Shown piece by piece: positions 8,057 through 16,213 of a stretch of 16,213 nt of DNA. The position numbers and the translations under genes were made by a program. Source of the stretch: Hadesarchaea archaeon (GTDB lineage Archaea; Hadarchaeota; Hadarchaeia; Hadarchaeales; WYZ-LMO6). The stretch covers positions 1-16,213 of the forward strand of contig JAPDJF010000028.1 of assembly GCA_029259185.1 (NCBI GenBank), in the 5' to 3' direction. The notes under the pieces are model-generated. The model searched no databases, was not told the DNA's origin, and saw nothing but the letters and a program-made list of their open reading frames with translations. Position 1 is the stretch's first letter. Every line of letters starts with the position of its first letter.

Positions 8057-10308
8057 CATCAATATGCAACGTGCGGAGTCGGAGGAGTTCCGTGCGTGAA
8101 GGGCGAATAAGTTCATTAGATGACGCCACGCATAGGTTCCCAACGCCGGCCAAGTGGAAACGCTAAGCCACTTGGTGGATGGCTGGGCTCGAGCGCCGAG
8201 GAAGGTCGTGGCAAGCTGCGAAAAGCTCGGGCGAGGCGCATGCAGCCTTAGAACCCGAGATTACCGAATGGGAGTCCTGGAGGAGGGTTTGAACCTCCTC
8301 CGCTCGCGGCAGCGAGCGGGAACCCCGGGAAGTGAAACATCTCAGTACCGGGAGGAAGAGAAAGCAAATGCGATGCCCTCAGTAACGGCGAGTGAAGAGG
8401 GCACAGGGCAAACCGAACCTGGTGGCGAAAGTCACTGGGGATGTGGGGTTGTAGGACTTCCCCCAATTCCTCGCGCGGGAAGCCGAAGTTGCCTGGAATG
8501 GCACGCCGCAGAGGGTGAAAGCCCCGTAGGCGTAACTGCGCAGGATACGAGGGGAAGGATCCTGAGTAGGATGCCTTGGGATTGGCGTCCGAAGCTGGGA
8601 GTCACCAACTCCCAACCCTAAATACGTCTCGAGACCGATAGCGAACGCAGTACCGCGAGGGAAAGCTGAAAAGCACCCCGGAAGGGGGGTGAAAAGAGCC
8701 TGAAACCAAGTGGTGACAGTAGGATACGGCTCGAAAGAGATGATACCTCCCGAAGGAACCCGTCGTGAGACGGTAGTACGAGGGAGGGGAATCGGGGTCG
8801 TATCGTCCGTCTGGAATCACGGGCCAGGGAGTTCATCGTCGTGGCGAGGTTAAGGGGATAAACCCCGGAGCCTCAGCGAAAGCGAAGGTCCGCAACCCGA
8901 AAGGGTGAGGGACTGGGTGTTAAGAGCGCCCGGAGTCACGGCGATGAGACCCGAAACCGGGCGATCTAGTCCGGGGCAGGCTGAAGTCCCGTTTGGGGAT
9001 GGAGGGCCGAACCGGTCTTGACGTGCAATTCGGTCGGATGACCTCGGGCTAGTGGCGAAAGACCCATCAAGCCCGGTGATAGCTGGTTCCTCCCGAAGCT
9101 GGCCGCAGTCAGGCCCGGCGCGAGGTGGCTGGCCGTGTAGAGCACCGATTGCGGGGTGACAGGGGGAAACCCTTGCCCTCGCTGTCGAACTCCGAAGCGA
9201 CCAGCGCCGTAGACCGCCGGAGACGGGGTGCGGGGGGTAAGCTCCCGCTCCGAGAGGGGAACAACCCAGACCGAGGTTAAGGCCCCTAAATGCTGGCTAA
9301 GTGCAGAAATCCAAAGGGCGTCTCCACCCTAAGACAGCGGGGAGGTAGGCTCAGAAGCAGCCACCCTTTAAACAACGCGTAAAAGCGGACCCGTCGAGGG
9401 TGGGGGCACCGAAGATGGACGGGGCTCAAGCCAGCTGCCGAGACCTCGGGGCAGGCGAAGTATAGTAGCCTGATCCGGTAGGGAGGCGTCCCGCGTGGGC
9501 AGAAGCTCGGCCGTGAGGTCGAGTGGACCGCGTGGGAATGAGGATCCTGGTGGTAGTAACAGCGAAGTGGGGTGAGAATCCCCACCACCGAAGGGGCTCG
9601 GGTTCCTCGGCAACGATCGTCAGCCGAGGGTTAGTCGGTCCTGAGGTGGCCCTCAACCAGAGGCCACCGAAAGGGAATCCGGTTAATATTCCGGAACCAC
9701 CTAGGTACCAGCGGCAACGCAGGCTGGACTCCTGACATCTCGGGGTAGACCGAGTGAGGTCGTCGCCTCATCTAACCACTGAAGTCCGGGGAGTTCCGTA
9801 ATGGAGAGAACCGGATGAAAGTGGGAATGGCCTGCCGTTAGGTGGGTTCGGTTGATCCCTGGGATCCGTGAAAAGGGAGTCCGGAAATGGGATCCTAGGT
9901 GTCCGTACCTAGATCCGACACAGGTGCCCCTAGGTGAAAAGCCTAAGGTGTGTCGGGATACACCAGGTCAGGGAATTCGGCAAGTTAGCCCCGTAACTTC
10001 GGGAGAAGGGGTGCCTGCCTTGCGGAAGGCAGGTCGCAGTGACAAGGGGGGACCGACTGTTTAATAAAAACGTAGGTTCCCGCAAGCCCGAAAGGGTGTG
10101 TACGGGAGCTGAATTCTGCCTACAGGCGGTACGTGAAAGCAGGGTTCAACCTGCCGAAGCGCCGCCAATGGGCGGGGGTAACTATAACCCTCGAGTGAGG
10201 GGGTTGTAAAACCCGGCTGTATGCGGGGAAGATCAGAAAAGCGGACTACCCTCTTGGGTAACAAGGTCCGCATTTGATGAGGTCGACCCGCAGGAAACCC
10301 CTGAGAGT

Positions 10309-10323
10309 CAGAAAGCATAAGTA
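10309..10323 (+). promoter_or_regulatory. Putative intron-internal promoter for the homing endonuclease
   Basis: CAGAAAG-CATAAGTA resembles the rRNA promoter GAAAAGT-CTTAAGTA. Standard spacing predicts a TSS at C/G 10345/10346, 8 nt before GTG 10354. Confidence 0.5.
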
Positions 10324-10353
10324 TTTGACAAAGTCCCTCTTAAACGGGGATCG

Positions 10354-10995
10354 GTGTCGCTGGCTTACTTGGTGGGCTTGATGCTTGGCGATGGCGGCGT
10401 TTACGGGGACACGTATACGGTTTTCTGTAGGGACAAGGATGAGGAGTTCGTACGTCGCTGTGCAGAGACGGTCAAAAAAGTGTTCGGAGTTCAACCAAGA
10501 GTCCACAGAGCGGCCCCTAATTGCTGGGCCGTTAGCACGAACCGCCGGGATATCCACCGCTTCATGTGCAAACTCGGATACCCCAAAGGACGGAAGTTGA
10601 CCACAGCAGGAATCCCCTTGACTTTCCTGAAGACTGAGAGTGATAAGATCGATGTTATCAAAGGGCTGTTCGATGCGGAGGGGTACTGTGGGGTCGATAG
10701 ACAGAAGCACGGGGACAAGGTTTACCAATACCCGTACGTCGGCATCGACATGATAGCAAAGCCCATGATCAAAGAGGTGAAAAAAATTCTCGGAGAATTG
10801 GGCATCGGTAGTACCCTTCAAGTCAAGAAGCCCCACGCTTGGGGGAAGCATCCCCAGTGGTCCATAATCATCAAAGGAAAAGAGAGAGTAGCGAAGTTTG
10901 AGAAAATCGTGGGGTTCAGACATCCGGTGAAGTCAGCACGTTTGAGAGAACTCGTTGAGGGGGGATCCCCAGAGACCATACGCCGGGCACCCTGA
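10354..10995 (+). CDS. Double-motif LAGLIDADG homing endonuclease (intron-encoded)
   Basis: Motif 1 LAYLVGLMLGDG, motif 2 VIKGLFDAEG. The C-terminal GSPETIRRAP is read through the ribozyme P7/P3' core, with the stop in P8. Confidence 0.93.
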   Translation: MSLAYLVGLMLGDGGVYGDTYTVFCRDKDEEFVRRCAETVKKVFGVQPRVHRAAPNCWAVSTNRRDIHRFMCKLGYPKGRKLTTAGIPLTFLKTESDKIDVIKGLFDAEGYCGVDRQKHGDKVYQYPYVGIDMIAKPMIKEVKKILGELGIGSTLQVKKPHAWGKHPQWSIIIKGKERVAKFEKIVGFRHPVKSARLRELVEGGSPETIRRAP

Positions 10996-11058
10996 TTAGA
11001 AGGGTGATGATATGGTCCACCCTTTTCGATAGGGAAAAGGGCGCTTAAGGTAGCGTAA

Positions 11059-11090
<32 letters not shown>

Positions 11091-11677
11091 GGAATCAACG
11101 AGTCCCCCACTGTCCCGACCTGGAACCCGGTGAACCCGCTTGCCGGCGAACATGCCGGGGTCCCCCGAAGGGAAACGAAGACCCCGTGGACCTTTACTGC
11201 AGCCTGTCGCTGAAACGCGGTTGCGGGTGCAGAGGGTAGGCGGGAGCCTGCGAAGCCGGATCTCCGGGTCCGGTGGAGGCATCGATGTAACACCGCCCAC
11301 CCCTAACCACGTTTCTAACCCCGCGAGGGGAACACCGACAGGTGGGCAGTTTCGCTGGGGCGGCAGCCCCTCGAAAAGATATCGAGGGGGTCCAAAGGTC
11401 GGCTTAGGTGGGTCAGAACTCCGCCGGTAAGGACAAGGCCAAAAGCCGGCCTGACTGCGTGCTCACTACCAAGGCACGCAGGGGCGAAAGCCGGGCCTAG
11501 CGAACCCAGATGTCCCTCTTGGTGAGGGCTCTGGATGACAGAAAAGGTACCCCGGGGATAACAGAGTGGTCGCGGGCGAGAGTCCATATCGACCCCGCGG
11601 TTTGCTACCTCGATGTCGGTTCTTCCTATCCTGGTCGTGCATAGGCGGCCAAGGGTCGGGTTGTTCGCCCATCAAAA

Positions 11678-11719
<42 letters not shown>

Positions 11720-12063
11720 TGCTATCTTTCGGGGGTGTTCGGTGTCTGAGGGGAAGGTGTCCCTAGTACGAGAGGAACGGGACGCCGGCGCCTCTGGTGT
11801 ACCGGTTGTCCGACAGGGCATCGCCGGGTAGCCACGCGCCAGTCGATAAGGCCTGAAAGCATCTAAGGCCGAAGCGACTCCCGAAAATAGACACCGTGTC
11901 CGGCTGCCTCGCAAGGGGTGGTCGGCGGAGAGCTGGGGCTAGAAGACCCCGTTGATAGGCCGGGGGTGTACGCGCGGAGCTTCGGCGACGCGTTCAGCCC
12001 ACCGGTACTAATCGCTCGAACTCCATTTGGCTGGTTGGGAACCTGTGTGTGGCCTTTTTTTAA

Positions 12064-12229
12064 CTGATGCGGGTGGGAAGTTCCCCTTCCGAAAGGGAGG
12101 GGGTGAGAGCCCGCAAATCTTTGTCGGGGACGCCTCTGGGACAGAGGTCTCCGTAAAGGGTCCCGTGCTGGAGTTCCAAGCCGTGAAGGCGCGGTCGGAG
12201 GAGCTCCTTCCGGAGGGAGGGTAGTTCAC
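12064..12229 (+). mobile_element. Second non-autonomous miniature IS200/IS605 element with a TnpB omegaRNA-like scaffold, in the 23S trailer
   Basis: Preceded by TTTAA (TAM). Guide AAGT plus left-end hairpin CCCCTTCC-GAAA-GGGAGGGG (12083-12102), stems GGGGAC/GTCTCC and CCGTGCT/GGCGCGG, internal GTGAA (12183-12187) complementary to the terminal TTCAC. Ends in a hairpin plus GGGTAGTTCAC, a typical TnpB-element right end. Confidence 0.78.
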
Positions 12230-12331
12230 AGATTTCCAGATAGTGCGTTGCTGTCACTCCAGAGCTCTAGGCGCATCGTTCGCGCTTCGTAAACCGGTGG
12301 CTTGTTTGGTCGGCCAGATGGTGAAAAATTT

Positions 12332-12529
12332 CTACTTTTTTTGAGGCTGGAGCTTGATGAGGGAAGTGAGATACCCGGCTACCCGATTCTTCAGCGGTTT
12401 ACTCTCAACTTGGAGGAGTTCATCCACTACCTGGCGGTTGTGCTCGAAATCGGTTGAAAACTTATCGGGATAAAGTTCGAGCAGTTGTCTAGCCGCCCGC
12501 TTTATGTAAACCTGTCTCACCTTTCCCAT
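12332..12529 (-). CDS. rps17e: 30S ribosomal protein S17e
   Basis: MGKVRQVYIKRAARQLLELYPDKFSTDFEHNRQVV...SKPLKNRVAGYLT. ATG 12529 follows GGGGTGA. Confidence 0.96.
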   Translation of the reverse strand: MGKVRQVYIKRAARQLLELYPDKFSTDFEHNRQVVDELLQVESKPLKNRVAGYLTSLIKLQPQKK

Positions 12530-12531
12530 CT

Positions 12532-13887
12532 TCACCCCTCGAGCATGCTCGCTATTCTCAGCGCTAAACCTGCAACTTCGGTTGGAGTGGTCCCCAGTAG
12601 TCTTATCATCGCTTCCTTGCCATGTGCCCCTCTATCCACTACTACTCTCGGAACTCTGTTCATTCTCCTCACGATCGATTCGATTCCCCATACCATCGTC
12701 TTGGTTCCTTTTGGTTCTTTTGCTCGATCGAACTCTCCTATCTCCAGACCCAACTTTCTGCACACCTTGAGGATCCCATTTGAAAAGCGGATGTTCATCC
12801 CCGCCCGTATGGTGGGGTCAAAGCGCATCGCGGTGAGTACCATCCTAGCTACATGCTTTGAACCTCCAAGCTTTGGGAAGCCTGTGAGATGTGGAGACCC
12901 TGAGACCTTCACGATGCGTCCGGACAGTCCAACGACCTCGGAGGGGTCGGTGGAGTTGGGAAGGGCCATAACCACGTTTGTTCCAACCTCTGGCAGGAGG
13001 GCGGAGAACTTCGGGTCGGAGACGAGGAGCTCGGCGGCCTTCCACACCTCTTCCACAGCATTTCCTCTCTCGGCCTCCCTTATCAAGGATCCGAGTGGAT
13101 CGAGTGTGGGGAGGCCCTTCCCTACATTGATTCGATTCGCTATCGATACTCTGACGAACTCTATAGCCCTTGCCACGGACTCGCAGAGCTCGTTTCCCTT
13201 CGCGAGTTCAGCGGTGATAGCGGCCGAGAGGGAACATCCGGTTCCATGCACGGGTCCGGATCGCACGCGTGGGTTCTTGAACACTTCAAATCCCTTCTTC
13301 GTGTAGAGGACGTCGACCACTTGTGATCCTTCCAAGTGTCCGCCCTTTACGAGCACAGCTTTAGCACCCAGCTTTCCTATCCTCTCAGCGGATTTCTTCA
13401 TCTCCTGAACCGATCGTATTTTGAGGTTGGAGAGCTTCTCGGCCTCTGGCACATTAGGAGTTACTAGCTCGGCGAAACTTATCATCGCTCTCAGAGAGGC
13501 TTCCGCACTTTCGTTCAGGAGCGGGGCCCCGGTTGAGGCCATCATAACGGGGTCGATTACCAATCGCAGACCGTGTTCGCGAGCTTTTGTGTGAACGGCT
13601 TCTATTACCCCCTTGCTGTAGAGCATGCCCGTTTTGGCCCACCCGATCTCGAAATCTTCAAGCACAGCATCCATCTGCTCTTCCACGAATTCCGGGGGTA
13701 CCTCCAGGATGGATTTTACACCCTTCGTGTTCTGAGCAGTGAGCGCCGTTAGCACGGAGGTCCCATGCACTCCTAGAGCGCGGAAGGTTTGAAGATCGAT
13801 TTGGATACCAGCACCTCCACCCGAATCAGATCCGGCTATGGTGAGTGCGGATACAATTTTTCTGGATTTTGGAGGATCTTTGGTCAC
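12532..13887 (-). CDS. thiDN: Bifunctional HMP/HMP-P kinase-thiamine phosphate synthase ThiDN
   Basis: ThiD part ALTIAGSDSGGGAGIQ, LTAQNT, VIDPVM, VTPNVPEA, VLVKGGH, HGTGCSLSAAI. ThiN part LLPEVGTN, GGSKHVAR, FDRAKEP, DRGAHGKEAMI. Confidence 0.94.
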   Translation of the reverse strand: MTKDPPKSRKIVSALTIAGSDSGGGAGIQIDLQTFRALGVHGTSVLTALTAQNTKGVKSILEVPPEFVEEQMDAVLEDFEIGWAKTGMLYSKGVIEAVHTKAREHGLRLVIDPVMMASTGAPLLNESAEASLRAMISFAELVTPNVPEAEKLSNLKIRSVQEMKKSAERIGKLGAKAVLVKGGHLEGSQVVDVLYTKKGFEVFKNPRVRSGPVHGTGCSLSAAITAELAKGNELCESVARAIEFVRVSIANRINVGKGLPTLDPLGSLIREAERGNAVEEVWKAAELLVSDPKFSALLPEVGTNVVMALPNSTDPSEVVGLSGRIVKVSGSPHLTGFPKLGGSKHVARMVLTAMRFDPTIRAGMNIRFSNGILKVCRKLGLEIGEFDRAKEPKGTKTMVWGIESIVRRMNRVPRVVVDRGAHGKEAMIRLLGTTPTEVAGLALRIASMLEG

Positions 13888-15165
13888 TCAGCTCACCCTT
13901 TCAGCCATCAAGTAAGTGGGTTTTGCATCAACGATTCTTACCTCTACGAGTTCCCCCAACCGTGCCTCTTCCAAGATGGCGAGTTTGTAGTTCGGTAGTC
14001 TGGTGACGTATCTTCCCTTCCATCCCCTCTCCGTGACGAGAGCCTCTCCTCTCCACCCCACATATTCAATGTTTCTCTCGTAAGTGATCCGTCTGCAAAT
14101 TTCACTGAGGATCCTGGACCTCCGAGCAATCTCTCTCCCCTCGAGTTGGGGCATGCCAGCAGCGGGGGTTCCAGGCATCGGGGAGAATCGTGATATGTTC
14201 GTTTTGTCGGGCTTCACACGCTTGATGACTTCTATCGTGCGTTCGAATTCTTCTTCCGTCTCGGTTGGAAAACCGACTATCAAATCGGTGGCAAGGTATA
14301 GATCTCGGAACTTCCGCCTGAAAGATCTCACTATTTCGAGAAAATCCCGCACCGTGTGTCCTCTTCCCATCATTTCGAGTATCCTGTCGTCGCCTGATTG
14401 GAGGGGGAGGTGGAGAAATTTGTACACCTTTTCGTTATCGTACGCTTTGAGCAATCTAGGTAGGATGGGCCTCACATGGGCAGGATTCATCATCCCGATC
14501 CTGATTTTGAAACTTCCTTCTAGGGTGGTCAAGGAGTGGATGAGTTCGGGGAGGGAGCTGCTTATATCTCTCCCGTAAGCGGCGGTGTCTTGGGAGGTTA
14601 GGAGGATCTCCCGATGTCCGGCTCGGATGGCAGCTTTGACTTCGGACACGATATTTTCAGGCTTGAAACTTCTCAGTCCCCCTCGAGCGAGCTTCACGGA
14701 GCAAAAAGTGCAGGCTGAGAGGCATCCCTCCCCTATCTGCACTATGGCACTGACTGCACTCGACCGGAGTTTTGGAAAACACGGCTTTTCGACCTTCTCC
14801 CCGTCCAAGAGTTCGATTCCGGTCTCTCCATCTCTCACCCTCTCCACAATATCCCCGATTTGAGTTAGGGAGCGGCAAGAGAGAACGGCCGCGAAGCTTC
14901 CAGCTTTTCTCGTGGAGTTGAAGTCTATCATCGGGAGACATCCGGTGACGATCACGGGTTTTCCCACCCGGTTCAACTCCTGTAACCTCTTCAGCATTTT
15001 CCTGTAGGTTGTACCTTTCACCGCACATGTGTTGACTATCACCACATCGGCTTCCTTCAGCCCTCGAACGGGTGAATGCCCGCGTTTTGAGAGGATTCCG
15101 AGCATCAGCTCGCTGTCTCCTCGGTTAGCAGTGCACCCATAGGTTTCACAGTACACGTGCATCAT
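13888..15165 (-). CDS. Radical-SAM tRNA methylthiotransferase, archaeal MtaB/CDKAL1-like
   Basis: UPF0004 domain (ETYGCTAN, VNTCAV, VTGCL), CxxxCxxC motif GCLSACTFC, FLHLPLQSG, TDLIVGFPTET and a C-terminal TRAM-like domain. Start is 15165 or 15162; the ORF extends to 15189. Confidence 0.92.
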   Translation of the reverse strand: MMHVYCETYGCTANRGDSELMLGILSKRGHSPVRGLKEADVVIVNTCAVKGTTYRKMLKRLQELNRVGKPVIVTGCLPMIDFNSTRKAGSFAAVLSCRSLTQIGDIVERVRDGETGIELLDGEKVEKPCFPKLRSSAVSAIVQIGEGCLSACTFCSVKLARGGLRSFKPENIVSEVKAAIRAGHREILLTSQDTAAYGRDISSSLPELIHSLTTLEGSFKIRIGMMNPAHVRPILPRLLKAYDNEKVYKFLHLPLQSGDDRILEMMGRGHTVRDFLEIVRSFRRKFRDLYLATDLIVGFPTETEEEFERTIEVIKRVKPDKTNISRFSPMPGTPAAGMPQLEGREIARRSRILSEICRRITYERNIEYVGWRGEALVTERGWKGRYVTRLPNYKLAILEEARLGELVEVRIVDAKPTYLMAERVS

Positions 15166-15252
15166 CAATTTTTTATGCATAGGAAACAAAAACCTTCAAA
15201 TTGACCATCGAAACCGTAAAAAAGATCGATGTCAGAATAAAAGGGTTTAGAT

Positions 15253-16005
15253 ATGATCCAGATAACCTTAATCCAGCTAGATAACTATGGTCCTTGGACG
15301 GTAAGTCCCAAGCCGAGACCAGAGGCCGAACTCCAGATATTGCAGTCCGAAATTTTTTCTGAAGTGGAGAGGGAGTTCAGAAAGCGCCACGGTCTGGTAT
15401 TTCAAACCCGATACGACAACATGTTAGCCGTTACAAACGGTGTTTCGCTTGGGGATCACCAGAAGATCTTGAAGAGAATCAACCGGAAGTTTCCAGTAAC
15501 GGTGAGTATGGGTGTTGGGGTGGCCCGGACAGCTTATGATGCACAGAAAAAAGCGACGATGTTCCTCCAGCAGGCGGGAAGTAGTAGGTCTCCAGATCGA
15601 ACGGGAATGTTAGTGGGGAAAGCATTGAGATCCATTAGCGATGGGTGGGTTCAGCTGACCCACATAGATATAAACCACTCCACAGCTCTGACGGATACGG
15701 AGCCCATTTACGATACACACTTCTACATCCAACAAACGTATCTTATGCTCATGAAATTCCTTCTCAAGAAAAAATCACTCGTGTTTTATACAGGAGGAGA
15801 TAATTTTATGGCACCTTCAAATGGGCTAAGCGTTGCCGATTTCTCTAAGGTCTTCAGCAGGATCAGGAAAGAGCTCGATGTTGGTCTCAAAGCCGGAGTG
15901 GGTCTCGCACGCACGGCCGAGCGGGCGGCCCATCTCGCGAGTGAGGGTCTCCACGAAATTAGAGAGGGAAAGGTTGGAGCTTCGATAGTCTTCAAGAGAG
16001 ACTAA
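15253..16005 (+). CDS. gch3: Archaeal GTP cyclohydrolase III
   Basis: MIQITLIQLDNYGPWT...E..LQ.LQ, RYDNMLAVTNG, HIDIN and FYTGGDNFMAPSNG are characteristic of the MJ0145 family. Confidence 0.94.
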   Translation: MIQITLIQLDNYGPWTVSPKPRPEAELQILQSEIFSEVEREFRKRHGLVFQTRYDNMLAVTNGVSLGDHQKILKRINRKFPVTVSMGVGVARTAYDAQKKATMFLQQAGSSRSPDRTGMLVGKALRSISDGWVQLTHIDINHSTALTDTEPIYDTHFYIQQTYLMLMKFLLKKKSLVFYTGGDNFMAPSNGLSVADFSKVFSRIRKELDVGLKAGVGLARTAERAAHLASEGLHEIREGKVGASIVFKRD

Positions 16006-16061
16006 AACTCTTGCCGCATACATCCGCTTTGGCCCTCTCCAGGGAGGTGAGTAACAGTTGC

Positions 16062-16078
16062 CGATAACTTTATATATC
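16062..16078 (+). promoter_or_regulatory. BRE/TATA promoter for the terminal HTH gene
   Basis: CCGATAAC-TTTATATA about 24 nt before ATG 16101, consistent with a leaderless transcript. Confidence 0.55.
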
Positions 16079-16100
16079 TTCACAAATACTAATACAATTG

Positions 16101-16213
16101 ATGGTACTAATGAGAATGAAGGAGGCCGCCGAGTACACGGGATTACACCCCCATACGCTACGGAAGTACATCGATCAAGGAGTGATAAGGGGAGTGAGGA
16201 TTGGAAAACATCG
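16101..16213 (+). CDS. 3'-truncated MerR/excisionase-like HTH protein, probably the N-terminus of an IS607-family serine transposase (TnpA)
   Basis: Not in the ORF track. Translates as MVLMRMKEAAEYTGLHPHTLRKYIDQGVIRGVRIGKH, matching the 'EAA..lGlHp.TLR.y...G.I...R' pattern. Confidence 0.65.
   Translation, partial: MVLMRMKEAAEYTGLHPHTLRKYIDQGVIRGVRIGKH

Larger units (their letters stand above)
10192..11043 (+). mobile_element. Group I self-splicing intron at 23S position L1923 (E. coli numbering), 852 nt
   Basis: Exons rejoin as TAACTATAACCCT^CTTAAGGTAGCG. The 5' exon ends in U and the intron ends in G. P1 AACCCT/GGGGTT with U:G, P10 TGAG/CTTA, P3 CCCGGC/GCCGGG, P4 TGCGGG/CCCGCA, P7 GACCA/TGGTC (R CAGAGACCATA, S ATGATATGGTCC), P8 CACCCT/AGGGTG, P9 CCCTTTTC/GAAAAGGG. 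Confidence 0.95.

Noticed and set aside
10246-10923. 225-aa minus-strand ORF in the intron
   Set aside because: Antisense shadow of the LAGLIDADG gene with no recognisable motifs.
10192-11043. BHB/EndA-type archaeal rRNA intron
   Set aside because: No BHB stem at the junctions, whereas a full group I core with U:G and terminal G is present.
12064-12229. Structured sequence after the 23S as 5S rRNA or a tRNA
   Set aside because: No 5S conserved motifs or cloverleaf. The ends match IS200/IS605 hairpins and the TTCAC terminus instead.
13860-13920. TPP riboswitch upstream of thiDN
   Set aside because: thiDN directly abuts the upstream gene's stop codon, with no leader or aptamer motif.

Overview
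Archaeal chromosomal window. The rRNA is GC-rich, which suggests a thermophile; the lineage cannot be fixed without a search, and a Thermococci/Hadarchaeota-like placement is only a guess. Left part: partial DUF835-like gene, nitroreductase, standalone LigD phosphoesterase, acyl-CoA dehydrogenase, and a divergent iron-uptake cluster (dtxR-feoA <- -> feoB, membrane protein, FeoC-like). Middle: tRNA-His with a T-loop intron, then a 16S-tRNA-Ala-23S operon without 5S. The 23S is interrupted at L1923 by an 852-nt group I intron encoding a two-motif LAGLIDADG endonuclease that appears to have its own internal promoter. Right part: rps17e, thiDN, an MtaB-like methylthiotransferase, GTP cyclohydrolase III and a truncated HTH gene resembling IS607 TnpA. 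The main signals missed by the ORF track are two protein-free miniature IS200/IS605 elements that keep TnpB omegaRNA-like scaffolds. One (5089-5368) sits exactly between a native Shine-Dalgarno and its ATG in the feo operon and supplies a replacement SD. The other (12064-12229) sits in the 23S trailer, in sense with the rRNA transcript.
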